NCBI GenBank assembly: GCA_035545195.1
Contig: DASZYW010000124.1
Span: forward strand, 1 to 45,473
Direction of reading: 5' to 3'
DNA from: Gaiellaceae bacterium
Lineage (GTDB): Bacteria > Actinomycetota > Thermoleophilia > Gaiellales > Gaiellaceae
DNA length: 45,473 nt
In this document: positions 20,344-29,678 of the stretch, piece after piece
How the letters are laid out: each line of letters starts with the position of its first letter
Numbering within the stretch: the stretch's first letter is position 1
Notes under the pieces: generated by a model
Told to the model about the DNA's origin: nothing
Database searches by the model: none
Seen by the model: only the letters and a program-made list of their open reading frames with translations
Made by a program: the position numbers and the translations under genes

Positions 20344-21476
20344 GCCGCGGCTGCGCTCGCCACCGCCGAGTAGATCTCCGCATAGGCCTGCGCCGCCTGC
20401 TCCCAGCTGTAGGCCTTGGCACGTTCCACGCCGCGTGCGCGCAGCGTCTGAGCGAGCTCCGGCGACTCGAGCACGCGAGCAAGCGCCTGGGTCAGGGCCG
20501 GGACGTCGTACGCGGGAGCGAGCACACCCGCCTCGCCGATGAGCTCCGCAAGCGCCGGGCAGTCCGAGGCGACGACCGGCGCTCCGCACGCCATCGCCTC
20601 GAGCACGGGCAGGCCGAAGCCCTCGTAGAACGACGGGAAGAAGAAGACGTCGCAGGCCGAGTAGAGCTCGACGAGCCGGTCGACGGCGACCATGCCGAGC
20701 TCGACGAGCGAGCCGTCGAGACCGAGGTCCCACGCGAGGCGCTGGCTCGCCGGCGACAGCGGCCGGCCCGTGCGAGCGAGCACCGCCGGAATCCCGGCCG
20801 CGTGCAGGCCTGCGACGGCACGCAGCGCGCCGTCGACGTTCTTGTACGGCTGCCCGAGACTCACGTGGAGGACGAGCGGGCGATCTCCCGCGAGACGCCG
20901 GCGCACATGCTCGACCGCGGCGCGCTCGAGCGGGCGGAAGTGCGGCGAGACGCCCGGGTGGACGACCGAGACCCGTTCCTCGGGCACTCCGAGCAGCTCG
21001 AGGACGTCGGCGCGGGTCGACTCGCTGTCGCAGACGACGTGGGCGACACGACGCAGGAAGGAGACACTCCAGCGGAAGCGCGCGGCCGACACCCACGACG
21101 TCCTCGGCGCGCCCCGGAGATCCGAGCCGAGCAGCGCGATCAGGTCGTGACACGTGACCAGCGTCCGCTTCAGCGGGAGTAGAGCGGCGATGTCGCCGTA
21201 GCCCTGGTCGATGACATGGTGGACGTCCGCCGCCACGCGCCTGGCCACGAGCGGGTAGCGGAGGAAGCGCGACACGAGCCTGTTGCCATTCCGGACCGTC
21301 GTCTCGGTGACGGAGACCGCGGGCTGGGCGCGCAGAGCCGCCGCGAGTCGGTCGGCGAAGACCTCCATCGAGACACGGTCCTCGGCGGGCAGGTCGCGCA
21401 GCAGCGAGACGCGCACGCGATCGACTGGAGCCCTCACGGTCCGCCCACCAGAACCTCCGCGATCCATCGAGTCCAT
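20340..21476 (-). CDS. GT4-family glycosyltransferase
   Basis: Motif seen: VFFFPSFYEGFGLPVLEAMACGAPVVASD. It is divergent from sqdB. The exact start is uncertain. Confidence 0.7.
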   Translation of the reverse strand: MDSMDRGGSGGRTVRAPVDRVRVSLLRDLPAEDRVSMEVFADRLAAALRAQPAVSVTETTVRNGNRLVSRFLRYPLVARRVAADVHHVIDQGYGDIAALLPLKRTLVTCHDLIALLGSDLRGAPRTSWVSAARFRWSVSFLRRVAHVVCDSESTRADVLELLGVPEERVSVVHPGVSPHFRPLERAAVEHVRRRLAGDRPLVLHVSLGQPYKNVDGALRAVAGLHAAGIPAVLARTGRPLSPASQRLAWDLGLDGSLVELGMVAVDRLVELYSACDVFFFPSFYEGFGLPVLEAMACGAPVVASDCPALAELIGEAGVLAPAYDVPALTQALARVLESPELAQTLRARGVERAKAYSWEQAAQAYAEIYSAVASAAAA

Positions 21477-21539
21477 CGTACGGCGCTCCGTCTCAGGGCG
21501 GGACGACTACCGCCCGGCCCGGCGCGCACTGCGCCGCTC

Positions 21540-22822
<1,283 letters not shown>

Positions 22823-22850
22823 TCGCTCCAGCAGGCGCCAAGGAGGCTTC

Positions 22851-24134
22851 GTGGCGTCGATCTGCGTGACGGGGATCTGGCATCAGGGCGCCGTCCTGTC
22901 CGCCTGCCTCTCCGAGCTCGGGCACTCCGTCGCCGGCGTCTGCGCGAACGCCGAGGAGGCCCATCGACTCGAGCTGGGCGAGCCGCCTGTCGCAGAGCCG
23001 CTGCTCGGCAGCCTGCTCGAGGCCGGCGTCGCGGCAGGGCTGCTCCGCTTCACCGACGACCTCGCCGACGGGCTCGCCGGCACCGAGTTCGTCTTCCTCT
23101 CCACCGACACCGCGGTCCGGACCGACGACTCGCCTGACACCGAGCCGCTGTTCACGCTTGCGCGCGCGATCGGGGAGGCGGCGACGGGGCCGTTCGTCCT
23201 CTGCGTGACGGCGCAGGTGCCCGTCGGGACGACCGAGCGCCTCGCGGCGGTGGCGGGCCACCGTCTCGAGGGATACGCGTACGTCCCGGAGTTCCTGCGC
23301 CTCGGCACCGCCGTGGAGAGCTTCCGGAACGCGGACCGTGTCGTTGTCGGCGCCGACGACACGACGGTTCGTGACCGAGTTGCACGTCTCTACGAAGAGC
23401 TCGGCCGGCCGATCGTCCCGACCGACGTCCGCACGGCGGAGCTGGCGAAACACGCCGCCAACGCCTTCCTGGCCACCTCGATCAGCTTCGCGAACGAGAT
23501 CGCCGACATCGCAGGAGCGTTCGGCGCCGACCCGTTCGCCGTCGGCGAGATCCTGCGGCTCGACCGGCGGATCGGCCCGCACGCCTATCTCACGCCGGGT
23601 CCCGGCTTCGCCGGGGGGACCCTCGGCCGGGAGCTACGCACGCTGCAGCAGCTCGCGAAGGAGCGCGGCCTCGAGACCCGGGTCGCGGATGCCGTCCTCG
23701 CGGTGAACGATGGCCGCGCGGGCCGGATTCTCGACCGCCTCCGCGAAGGTCTCGGCGAGCTCGCCGGCAAGCGGGTCGCCTTGCACGGGCTGACGTACAA
23801 GCCAGGCACCCCGACGCTGAGGCGCGCGGCCTCGCTCGAGCTCGCGGAGGCTCTCGACCGGGCGGGCGCATCGGTCCGCGGCTACGACCCGCTCGCAACC
23901 GCCGGCGTCGAGCCGCTGGCGGTCGAGATCGTCCGGGACGCGTACGCGGCGGCGAAGGACGCCGATGCGGTCGCCGTCCTCAACCCATGGCCGGACGGCG
24001 CCGTCGACATGCCGCGCCTGCGCGCCGCGATGCGCGGCAACCTCCTCGTCGACGCGACGGGCACGATCGGACGGGCCCCCGCCGCCGGCGCAGGCTTCCG
24101 GTACCTCTCCCTCTGGCCCGAAGGCCGCGCATGA
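22851..24134 (+). CDS. UDP-glucose/GDP-mannose dehydrogenase-family protein with degenerate active site (candidate pseudoenzyme or repurposed paralog)
   Basis: GTG start 4 nt after AAGGAGG. Family motifs seen: YVPEFLRLG, ELAKHAANAFLATSISFANEIA, GLTYKPGTPTLRRAASLEL. However, the nucleophile motif reads GFAGGTLGRE instead of GxGGxCxPKD, and the N-terminal dinucleotide motif reads TGIWHQG instead of GxGYVG. Confidence 0.75.
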   Translation: MASICVTGIWHQGAVLSACLSELGHSVAGVCANAEEAHRLELGEPPVAEPLLGSLLEAGVAAGLLRFTDDLADGLAGTEFVFLSTDTAVRTDDSPDTEPLFTLARAIGEAATGPFVLCVTAQVPVGTTERLAAVAGHRLEGYAYVPEFLRLGTAVESFRNADRVVVGADDTTVRDRVARLYEELGRPIVPTDVRTAELAKHAANAFLATSISFANEIADIAGAFGADPFAVGEILRLDRRIGPHAYLTPGPGFAGGTLGRELRTLQQLAKERGLETRVADAVLAVNDGRAGRILDRLREGLGELAGKRVALHGLTYKPGTPTLRRAASLELAEALDRAGASVRGYDPLATAGVEPLAVEIVRDAYAAAKDADAVAVLNPWPDGAVDMPRLRAAMRGNLLVDATGTIGRAPAAGAGFRYLSLWPEGRA

Positions 24135-24991
24135 GCGGGGTGCTGGCAGGGCGCACCGCGCTCGTCGCCGGCGCCGGGCGCGGGATCGGTCGCGCGATCG
24201 CCCTCGCATACGCGCGCGAGGGCGCGAAGCTCGCGCTGCTCGCGCGCAGCCGCGACCAGCTGGAAGCCGTCGCCGAGGAGTGCGGAGGCGCGCTCTGCCT
24301 GCCCTGCGACGTCGCGTCCTGGGACGCGGTCGCCGACGCCGTGCAGCGGCTCGAGCGGGAGCTGGGGCCGGCCGACGTGCTCGCCAGTGCCGCCGGGGTC
24401 TATGGCCCGATCGGCCCGACGGCGGAGATCGACGCGCAGGCCTGGGCGCAGGCGATCGACGTCAACCTCGTCGGCGCGTTCCACCTCTGCCGCGCGGTCG
24501 TCCCCGCGATGGAGAACCGAAGCTGGGGCCGCGTGATTCTCCTCGCGGGCGGCGGTGCGACGGCCCCCCTTCCCTTCTTCTCGGCGTATGCGGCGTCGAA
24601 GGCCGGGCTCGTCCGGCTGGCCGAGACGCTGGCCGAGGAGCTGCGCGGCACGGGCGTGACGGTGAACGCGGTCGCGCCGGGGCTCGTCGACACGCAGATG
24701 CAGGACGAGGTGCTCGCCGCCGGCGACCGCGCCGGCCCGTTGCTCGAGAAGATCCGCGCCGCCCGGGAGACCGGGGCCGGAGCGGTGCCGCCCGAGGTGG
24801 CGGCCGAGCTGGCGGTCTTCCTCGCATCCGACGCGTCGGCGGGCCTGACCGGCAAGCTCGTCGCGGCTCCGCACGATCCGTGGCGCGACTGGACCGGCGA
24901 CGCGGCGGACCGGATCAGCGCAGGCCCCTGGTACACGATCCGCAGACTCGACCGGCACACGCTCGAGCCGCTTCTCGAGGAGCTGGGTTGA
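24131..24991 (+). CDS. short-chain dehydrogenase/reductase (SDR) with ~45-aa C-terminal extension, paralog 1
   Basis: ATGA overlap with the upstream stop. Motifs seen: cofactor motif VAGAGRGIGRAIA, YAASK (YxxxK), and C-terminal GKLVAAPHDPWRDW. Confidence 0.8.
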   Translation: MSGVLAGRTALVAGAGRGIGRAIALAYAREGAKLALLARSRDQLEAVAEECGGALCLPCDVASWDAVADAVQRLERELGPADVLASAAGVYGPIGPTAEIDAQAWAQAIDVNLVGAFHLCRAVVPAMENRSWGRVILLAGGGATAPLPFFSAYAASKAGLVRLAETLAEELRGTGVTVNAVAPGLVDTQMQDEVLAAGDRAGPLLEKIRAARETGAGAVPPEVAAELAVFLASDASAGLTGKLVAAPHDPWRDWTGDAADRISAGPWYTIRRLDRHTLEPLLEELG

Positions 24992-26010
24992 GCGGGCTCG
25001 AGGGCGTGACCGCGATCGTCACCGGCGGCGGCCGCGGGCTCGGGCGGCAGATCTCGGTCACGCTCGCGCGCGACGGCGCGAGAGTCGTCCTCGTGGCACG
25101 CACCCGTTCCGAGCTCGAGGCGACCGCCGAGGAGATCCGCGCCGTCGGCGGCGAGGCGCTCGTCTGTCCAGGGGACGTCTCCGACCTGCCCGCCATGGAG
25201 GCCGTCGTCGATGAGGCGCTCGCCTGGGGAGACGTCGAACTCGTCGTCAACAACGCGGGCTCCCAGCAGCCGATCGGAGTCCTGACCGCCAACGATCCGG
25301 AAGCGTGGGCTCGCACGGTCCGCGTCAACCTTCTCGGCGCACTCCATCTCTGCCGGCTCCTTCTCCCGCACCTGATCGAGCGCGGCGGCGGACGGATCGT
25401 CAACGTGTCGGGTGGCGGCGCAGCCAACGCACGGCCGTACTTCAGCGCCTACGCCGCCTCGAAGGCCGCCGTCGCGCGCTTCACCGAGACGCTGGCCGAG
25501 GAGCTGCGCGGATCCGGCGTCCAGGTGAACGCGATCGCGCCGGGAGCCATGAACACGCGAATGCTGGACGAGATCCTCGCCTCCGGCGTCGAGCGGGAGA
25601 TCGCGGAGGCACAGCTCGTCTCCGGCGGCACACCCCTCGATGTGCCCGCCGGGCTGGTGCGCTTTCTCGCCACCTGCTCGCCGGCGATCACCGGGAAGCT
25701 GATCGCGGCGCCGCACGACGACTGGCAGAGTTGGGACGGCGACGTGGCTCGGATCGCGGAGACGCCCCTGCTGACGCTGCGCCGCGTCGACCCGTTCACC
25801 GTAGGCCCGCTGCTCGACACGCTGCAGGAGGCCGAGGCGTGTGCCTCGCCGCCGGCGTCGTCGGCGCGGGGGCGGTCGGCGGGAAGCGGGCCGCGGTTGC
25901 CCACGCCGCCGGCGACCGGGTCGTCGCGGTCTGCGACCTCGCCGCCGAGCGGGCGGACGCGGCGGCGGAGGCGTACGGAGCCGAGAGCTGCGCCGACTGG
26001 CGCGAGGTGA
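24988..26010 (+). CDS. short-chain dehydrogenase/reductase, paralog 2 (read-through tail overlapping next gene)
   Basis: TTG at 24988 overlaps the upstream TGA (GTG 25006 is the alternative). Motifs seen: VTGGGRGLGRQIS, NVSGGGA...YAASK, GKLIAAPHDDWQSW. Homology to paralog 1 ends near 25838, but the frame stays open to 26010. Confidence 0.7.
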   Translation: MSGLEGVTAIVTGGGRGLGRQISVTLARDGARVVLVARTRSELEATAEEIRAVGGEALVCPGDVSDLPAMEAVVDEALAWGDVELVVNNAGSQQPIGVLTANDPEAWARTVRVNLLGALHLCRLLLPHLIERGGGRIVNVSGGGAANARPYFSAYAASKAAVARFTETLAEELRGSGVQVNAIAPGAMNTRMLDEILASGVEREIAEAQLVSGGTPLDVPAGLVRFLATCSPAITGKLIAAPHDDWQSWDGDVARIAETPLLTLRRVDPFTVGPLLDTLQEAEACASPPASSARGRSAGSGPRLPTPPATGSSRSATSPPSGRTRRRRRTEPRAAPTGAR

Positions 26011-26861
26011 CGCGCCGCGACGACGTCGACGTCGTCGTCGTCTCGACGGTCAACGGCGCGATGCAGCAGGTCGTCCTCGACGCGCTCGCGCACGGCAAGC
26101 ACGTCCTCTGCGAGAAGCCGCTCGGCCGCAACCTCGAGGAGGCGACCGCGATGCGTGACGCCGCCCGCACCCACGAGCGTGTCCTCAAGGTCGGCTTCAA
26201 CCACCGCTTCCACCCCGCCGTGGCACGCGCGCACGAGCTCGCGGCCGCGGGCGCGATCGGCCCGCTGCTCTCGATCCGCGCCGCCTACGGGCACGGCGGA
26301 CGCGCCGGCTACGAGCGCGAGTGGCGCGCCGACCCCGAGCTCTCCGGAGGCGGCGAGCTCCTCGACCAGGGCGTCCACGTCCTCGACCTCTGCCGCTGGT
26401 TCCTCGGCGAGTTCTCCGAGGTCCACGGCGTCGTTGCGACGTCCTTCTGGGAGATCGCCCCGCTGGAGGACAACGGCTTCGCGCTCCTGCGCACGGCGGG
26501 CGGGCAGGTGGCGAGCCTCCACACGAGCTGGACGCAGTGGCGGAACCTCTTCCGCTTCGAGGTCTTCGGCCGGGACGGCTGGCTCGCGGTCGAGGGCCTC
26601 GGCGGCAGCTACGGCACCGAGACGCTCGTCCACGGCACCCGCCGCCCGGAGTTCGGCGTCCCCGAGGAGGAGCGCTTCGAGTTTCCCGGTGCGGACGAGT
26701 CCTGGCGGCTCGAGTGGGAGGAGCTGCGCGCCGCGATCGCGGAGGGTCGCGACCCGTCCGGCAGCGGGGACGACGGCGTCGAGGCCGCGCGGCTCGTCGA
26801 GGCGATCTACCGCTCCGCGCACGAGGGCGCCCGCGTCGAGCTCCACGAGGTGCTCGCGTGA
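25839..26861 (+). CDS. Gfo/Idh/MocA-family NAD(P)-dependent sugar oxidoreductase
   Basis: GTG at 25839 gives VCLAAGVVGAGAVGGKRA (Rossmann fold). Motifs seen: HVLCEKPLGRNLEEA (EKP motif), KVGFNHRFHP, and a C-terminal alpha/beta domain. Confidence 0.8.
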   Translation: MCLAAGVVGAGAVGGKRAAVAHAAGDRVVAVCDLAAERADAAAEAYGAESCADWREVTRRDDVDVVVVSTVNGAMQQVVLDALAHGKHVLCEKPLGRNLEEATAMRDAARTHERVLKVGFNHRFHPAVARAHELAAAGAIGPLLSIRAAYGHGGRAGYEREWRADPELSGGGELLDQGVHVLDLCRWFLGEFSEVHGVVATSFWEIAPLEDNGFALLRTAGGQVASLHTSWTQWRNLFRFEVFGRDGWLAVEGLGGSYGTETLVHGTRRPEFGVPEEERFEFPGADESWRLEWEELRAAIAEGRDPSGSGDDGVEAARLVEAIYRSAHEGARVELHEVLA

Positions 26862-27583
26862 AGGCCCTTCTGCTCGCCGCCGGCCGCGGCACCCGCCTCC
26901 GCCCCCTGACCGACACTGTGCCGAAGTGCCTCGTCCCGGTCGCGGGCAAGCCGACGCTCGTCCGCGCGATCGAGCTGCTTCGCGAGCAGGGCGTCACCGA
27001 CCTGATCGTCAACCTCCACCACCGTCCCGAGGCCGTCGTCGACGCGATCGGCGACGGCGGCTCCCTCGGGGTGCGGGTCGCGTACTCGTTCGAGCCCGAG
27101 CTGCTCGGGACGGCGGGCGCGCTCGACCCCTGTCGCGACCGGCTCGGCGACTCGCGCTTCCTGGTCGTGTTCGCCGACAACGTCTTCGCCTGCGACCTGG
27201 GCGAGGTCGTCGCGCTGCACGAGCGGCTCGGCGCGGCGCTGACGATGACCCTCCATCACCGCGACGACGTCCGGGCCAGCGGCTGGGCCGACGTGGACGG
27301 CGACGGCGTGGTCCGGCGGTTCGTCGAGAAGCCCGAGTCGCCCGAAGCCTTCGGCGGCTGGGTGAACGCCGGCCTGCTCGTGTGCGAGCCGCGCGTCCTC
27401 GAGGCCGTGCCGCGAGGCGTCGCGAGCGATCTCGGGCGCGACGTGGTTCCCGCCCTGCTGGGCGCGAACGAGACCGTCGGCGGCTACCGCCTGCCCGGGT
27501 CGGCGCACTTCCTCTGGATCGACACACCCGCCGACCTCGAGCGCGCGGAGCGGCTCCTCGGCCAGGAGGAGGCGGTCGCGTGA
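26858..27583 (+). CDS. hddC: sugar-1-phosphate nucleotidyltransferase, best fit D-glycero-alpha-D-manno-heptose-1-phosphate guanylyltransferase
   Basis: GTGA overlap with the upstream stop. Motifs seen: KALLLAAGRGTRLRPLTDTVPKCLVPVAGKP and EPELLGTAGAL. The assignment to heptose rests on context with the HddA, GmhA and GmhB genes. Confidence 0.7.
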   Translation: MKALLLAAGRGTRLRPLTDTVPKCLVPVAGKPTLVRAIELLREQGVTDLIVNLHHRPEAVVDAIGDGGSLGVRVAYSFEPELLGTAGALDPCRDRLGDSRFLVVFADNVFACDLGEVVALHERLGAALTMTLHHRDDVRASGWADVDGDGVVRRFVEKPESPEAFGGWVNAGLLVCEPRVLEAVPRGVASDLGRDVVPALLGANETVGGYRLPGSAHFLWIDTPADLERAERLLGQEEAVA

Positions 27584-28563
27584 TCCTCGCCCGCGCCCCG
27601 CTCCGGATCACGCTCGGCGGCGGCGGCACGGACCTGCCCTCCTACTACGAGAGCCACGGCGGACTCGTGGTCAGCGCCGCGATCGACAAGTACGTCTACG
27701 TCGCGGTCAACCGTCCCGCCGGGGACGACCTGATCCGGCTCAAGTACTCCCAGAGCGAGGAAGTCGCGAGCCTGGACGAGATCCGGCACGACCTCGCAGG
27801 GCCTGCGCTCCGTGAGCTCGGAGTCCTCGACAACGTGGAGATCGCCTCGATGGCCGATGTTCCCGCCGGCACCGGGCTCGGCTCGTCGGGGAGCTACCTC
27901 GTCGCGCTCCTGACCGCGCTCTACGAGCTGAAGCGGGAGCGGATCCCGCCTCAGGCGCTCGCCGAGCAGGCGGTCCACATCGAGCACGACCTCGCCGGGC
28001 ATCCGATCGGGAAGCAGGACCAGTACGCCTCGACCTTCGGCGGCCTGATCCGCCTCGACATCGAGCCGAGCGGCAGGGTCGAGGTGTCGCCGCTGCGCGT
28101 GGCGCCCGAGACGGCGGAGCTGCTCCGCGAGCGGCTGTTGCTCTTCTACACCGGCGTCAGCCGCCGCGCCGACGAGATCCTGGCCGAGCAGCACCACGAC
28201 TCGCGCACCGGGAAGCAGACGGTGCTCGAGAGCCTGCACCGGACGAAGGAGATCGGCATCGAGTCGGCCGCGCTGCTCGAGGCGGGCCGCCTCGACGAGT
28301 TCGGGCGGCTGCTGCACGAGCACTGGGAGACGAAGAAGCGCCGCTCGCGACGGATCTCCACCTCCGCCGTCGACGGCTGGTACGAGCGCGCCCGCGAGGC
28401 CGGGGCGCTCGGCGGCAAGCTCGTGGGAGCCGGCGGCGGAGGCTTCCTCTTGCTCTACTGCCCCGACCCGGAGGCGGTGCGCGCCGAGCTGGCGGCCGAG
28501 CCGCTGCGCGAGATCGCCTTCCGCTTCGACTTCGACGGCGCAAAGGTGCTCGCAGACCTGTGA
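27580..28563 (+). CDS. hddA: GHMP-family sugar kinase, best fit D-glycero-D-manno-heptose-7-phosphate kinase
   Basis: GTGA overlap with the upstream stop. Motifs seen: ILARAPLRITLGGGGTDLPSYY, PAGTGLGSSGSYLVALL (GHMP motif II), KLVGAGGGGFLLLY (motif III). Confidence 0.75.
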   Translation: MILARAPLRITLGGGGTDLPSYYESHGGLVVSAAIDKYVYVAVNRPAGDDLIRLKYSQSEEVASLDEIRHDLAGPALRELGVLDNVEIASMADVPAGTGLGSSGSYLVALLTALYELKRERIPPQALAEQAVHIEHDLAGHPIGKQDQYASTFGGLIRLDIEPSGRVEVSPLRVAPETAELLRERLLLFYTGVSRRADEILAEQHHDSRTGKQTVLESLHRTKEIGIESAALLEAGRLDEFGRLLHEHWETKKRRSRRISTSAVDGWYERAREAGALGGKLVGAGGGGFLLLYCPDPEAVRAELAAEPLREIAFRFDFDGAKVLADL

Positions 28564-29678
28564 CGCGCGTCCTCGTCACCGGCGGCGCAGGCTTCATCGG
28601 CTCGCACACCGTCGACCTCCTGCTCGAACGCGGCTACGACGTGCGCATCCTCGACTCGCTGCAGCCGCGCGTCCATCCGAACGGCAAGCCGCCCTGGCTG
28701 CCGGCCGACGCCGAGTTCCTGCAGGGCGACGTCGCCGACCGCGACGACCTCTCGCTCGCGCTCGCCGGCGTCGACGCCGTCTTCCATCTGGCCGCGTATC
28801 AGGACTACCTCCCCGACTTCAGCACCTTCGTGCACACGAACACCGAGTCCTCGGCGCTGCTCTTCGAGCTGATCGTCGCCGACCCGGCGCGCCATCCCGT
28901 CGAGAAGATCGTCTTCGCCTCCTCGCAGGCCGTCTCCGGCGAGGGAAAGTACTCGTGCCCGGCGTGCGAGCGCGTGCTCTCGCCCGGCCCGCGTCCGCTC
29001 GAACAGCTCCGCCGCGGGGAGTGGGAGCCGCGCTGCGACCGCTGCGGCGGCGAGCTGAAGCCGGAGCTGATCGACGAGGGAACCAGCCACCCGCACACGG
29101 CCTACGGCGTGTCGAAGTACGCGATCGAGCTGCTCGCCTTCGCGCTCGGCCACCGCTACGGGATCGCCACGGCGGCGATGCGCTACACGTACGTCCAGGG
29201 CCCGCGGAACTCGTTCCACAACGCGTACTCGGGGATCGCGCGCCGCTTCGCGCTTCGCCTGCGGGCGGGCCTTCCCCCGGTCTGCTACGAGGACGGCGCG
29301 CAGCTGCGGGACTACGTCAACGTCCGTGACGTCGCCAGGGCGAACCTGCTCGCGCTCGAGAGCGACGTGGACGGGGTCGCGCTCAACGTCGGCGGCGGCC
29401 GCGCGGTGACCGTGAGAGAGTTCGCGCAGCTGATGGTCGACACCGCCGGAGCCCAGCTCGAGCCCGAGATCCCCGGCGAGTTCCGCGTCGGCGACACCCG
29501 GCACACGGTCAGCGACATCTCGCGGATGCGCGCGCTCGACTGGGAGCCGGAGATCCCGGTCGAGCAGAACGTGCGCGAGTACCTCGAGTGGCTGGACGGC
29601 CAGGACGTGCCGACCGACAACCTCTTCGATGCGGAACGCGAGATGGCCGCCTCCGGGGTGGTGCAGCGTGCCGGGTGA
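28560..29678 (+). CDS. extended-SDR NAD-dependent sugar epimerase/dehydratase with inserted Cys4 knuckle pair
   Basis: GTGA overlap with the upstream stop. Motifs seen: VLVTGGAGFIGSH, ASSQAV, YGVSKY (YxxxK). The insertion YSCPACERV...PRCDRCGGEL lies between the catalytic Ser and Tyr. Confidence 0.8.
   Translation: MTRVLVTGGAGFIGSHTVDLLLERGYDVRILDSLQPRVHPNGKPPWLPADAEFLQGDVADRDDLSLALAGVDAVFHLAAYQDYLPDFSTFVHTNTESSALLFELIVADPARHPVEKIVFASSQAVSGEGKYSCPACERVLSPGPRPLEQLRRGEWEPRCDRCGGELKPELIDEGTSHPHTAYGVSKYAIELLAFALGHRYGIATAAMRYTYVQGPRNSFHNAYSGIARRFALRLRAGLPPVCYEDGAQLRDYVNVRDVARANLLALESDVDGVALNVGGGRAVTVREFAQLMVDTAGAQLEPEIPGEFRVGDTRHTVSDISRMRALDWEPEIPVEQNVREYLEWLDGQDVPTDNLFDAEREMAASGVVQRAG

Noticed and set aside
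20340-21476. The GT4 gene divergent from sqdB as an SqdX-type SQDG synthase, which would make this a sulfolipid rather than a glycan pathway.
   Set aside because: Only the generic GT4 EX7E region is recognisable. I could not see the N-terminal features I associate with SqdX. The possibility is kept as an alternative hypothesis in the sqdB finding, not as an annotation.
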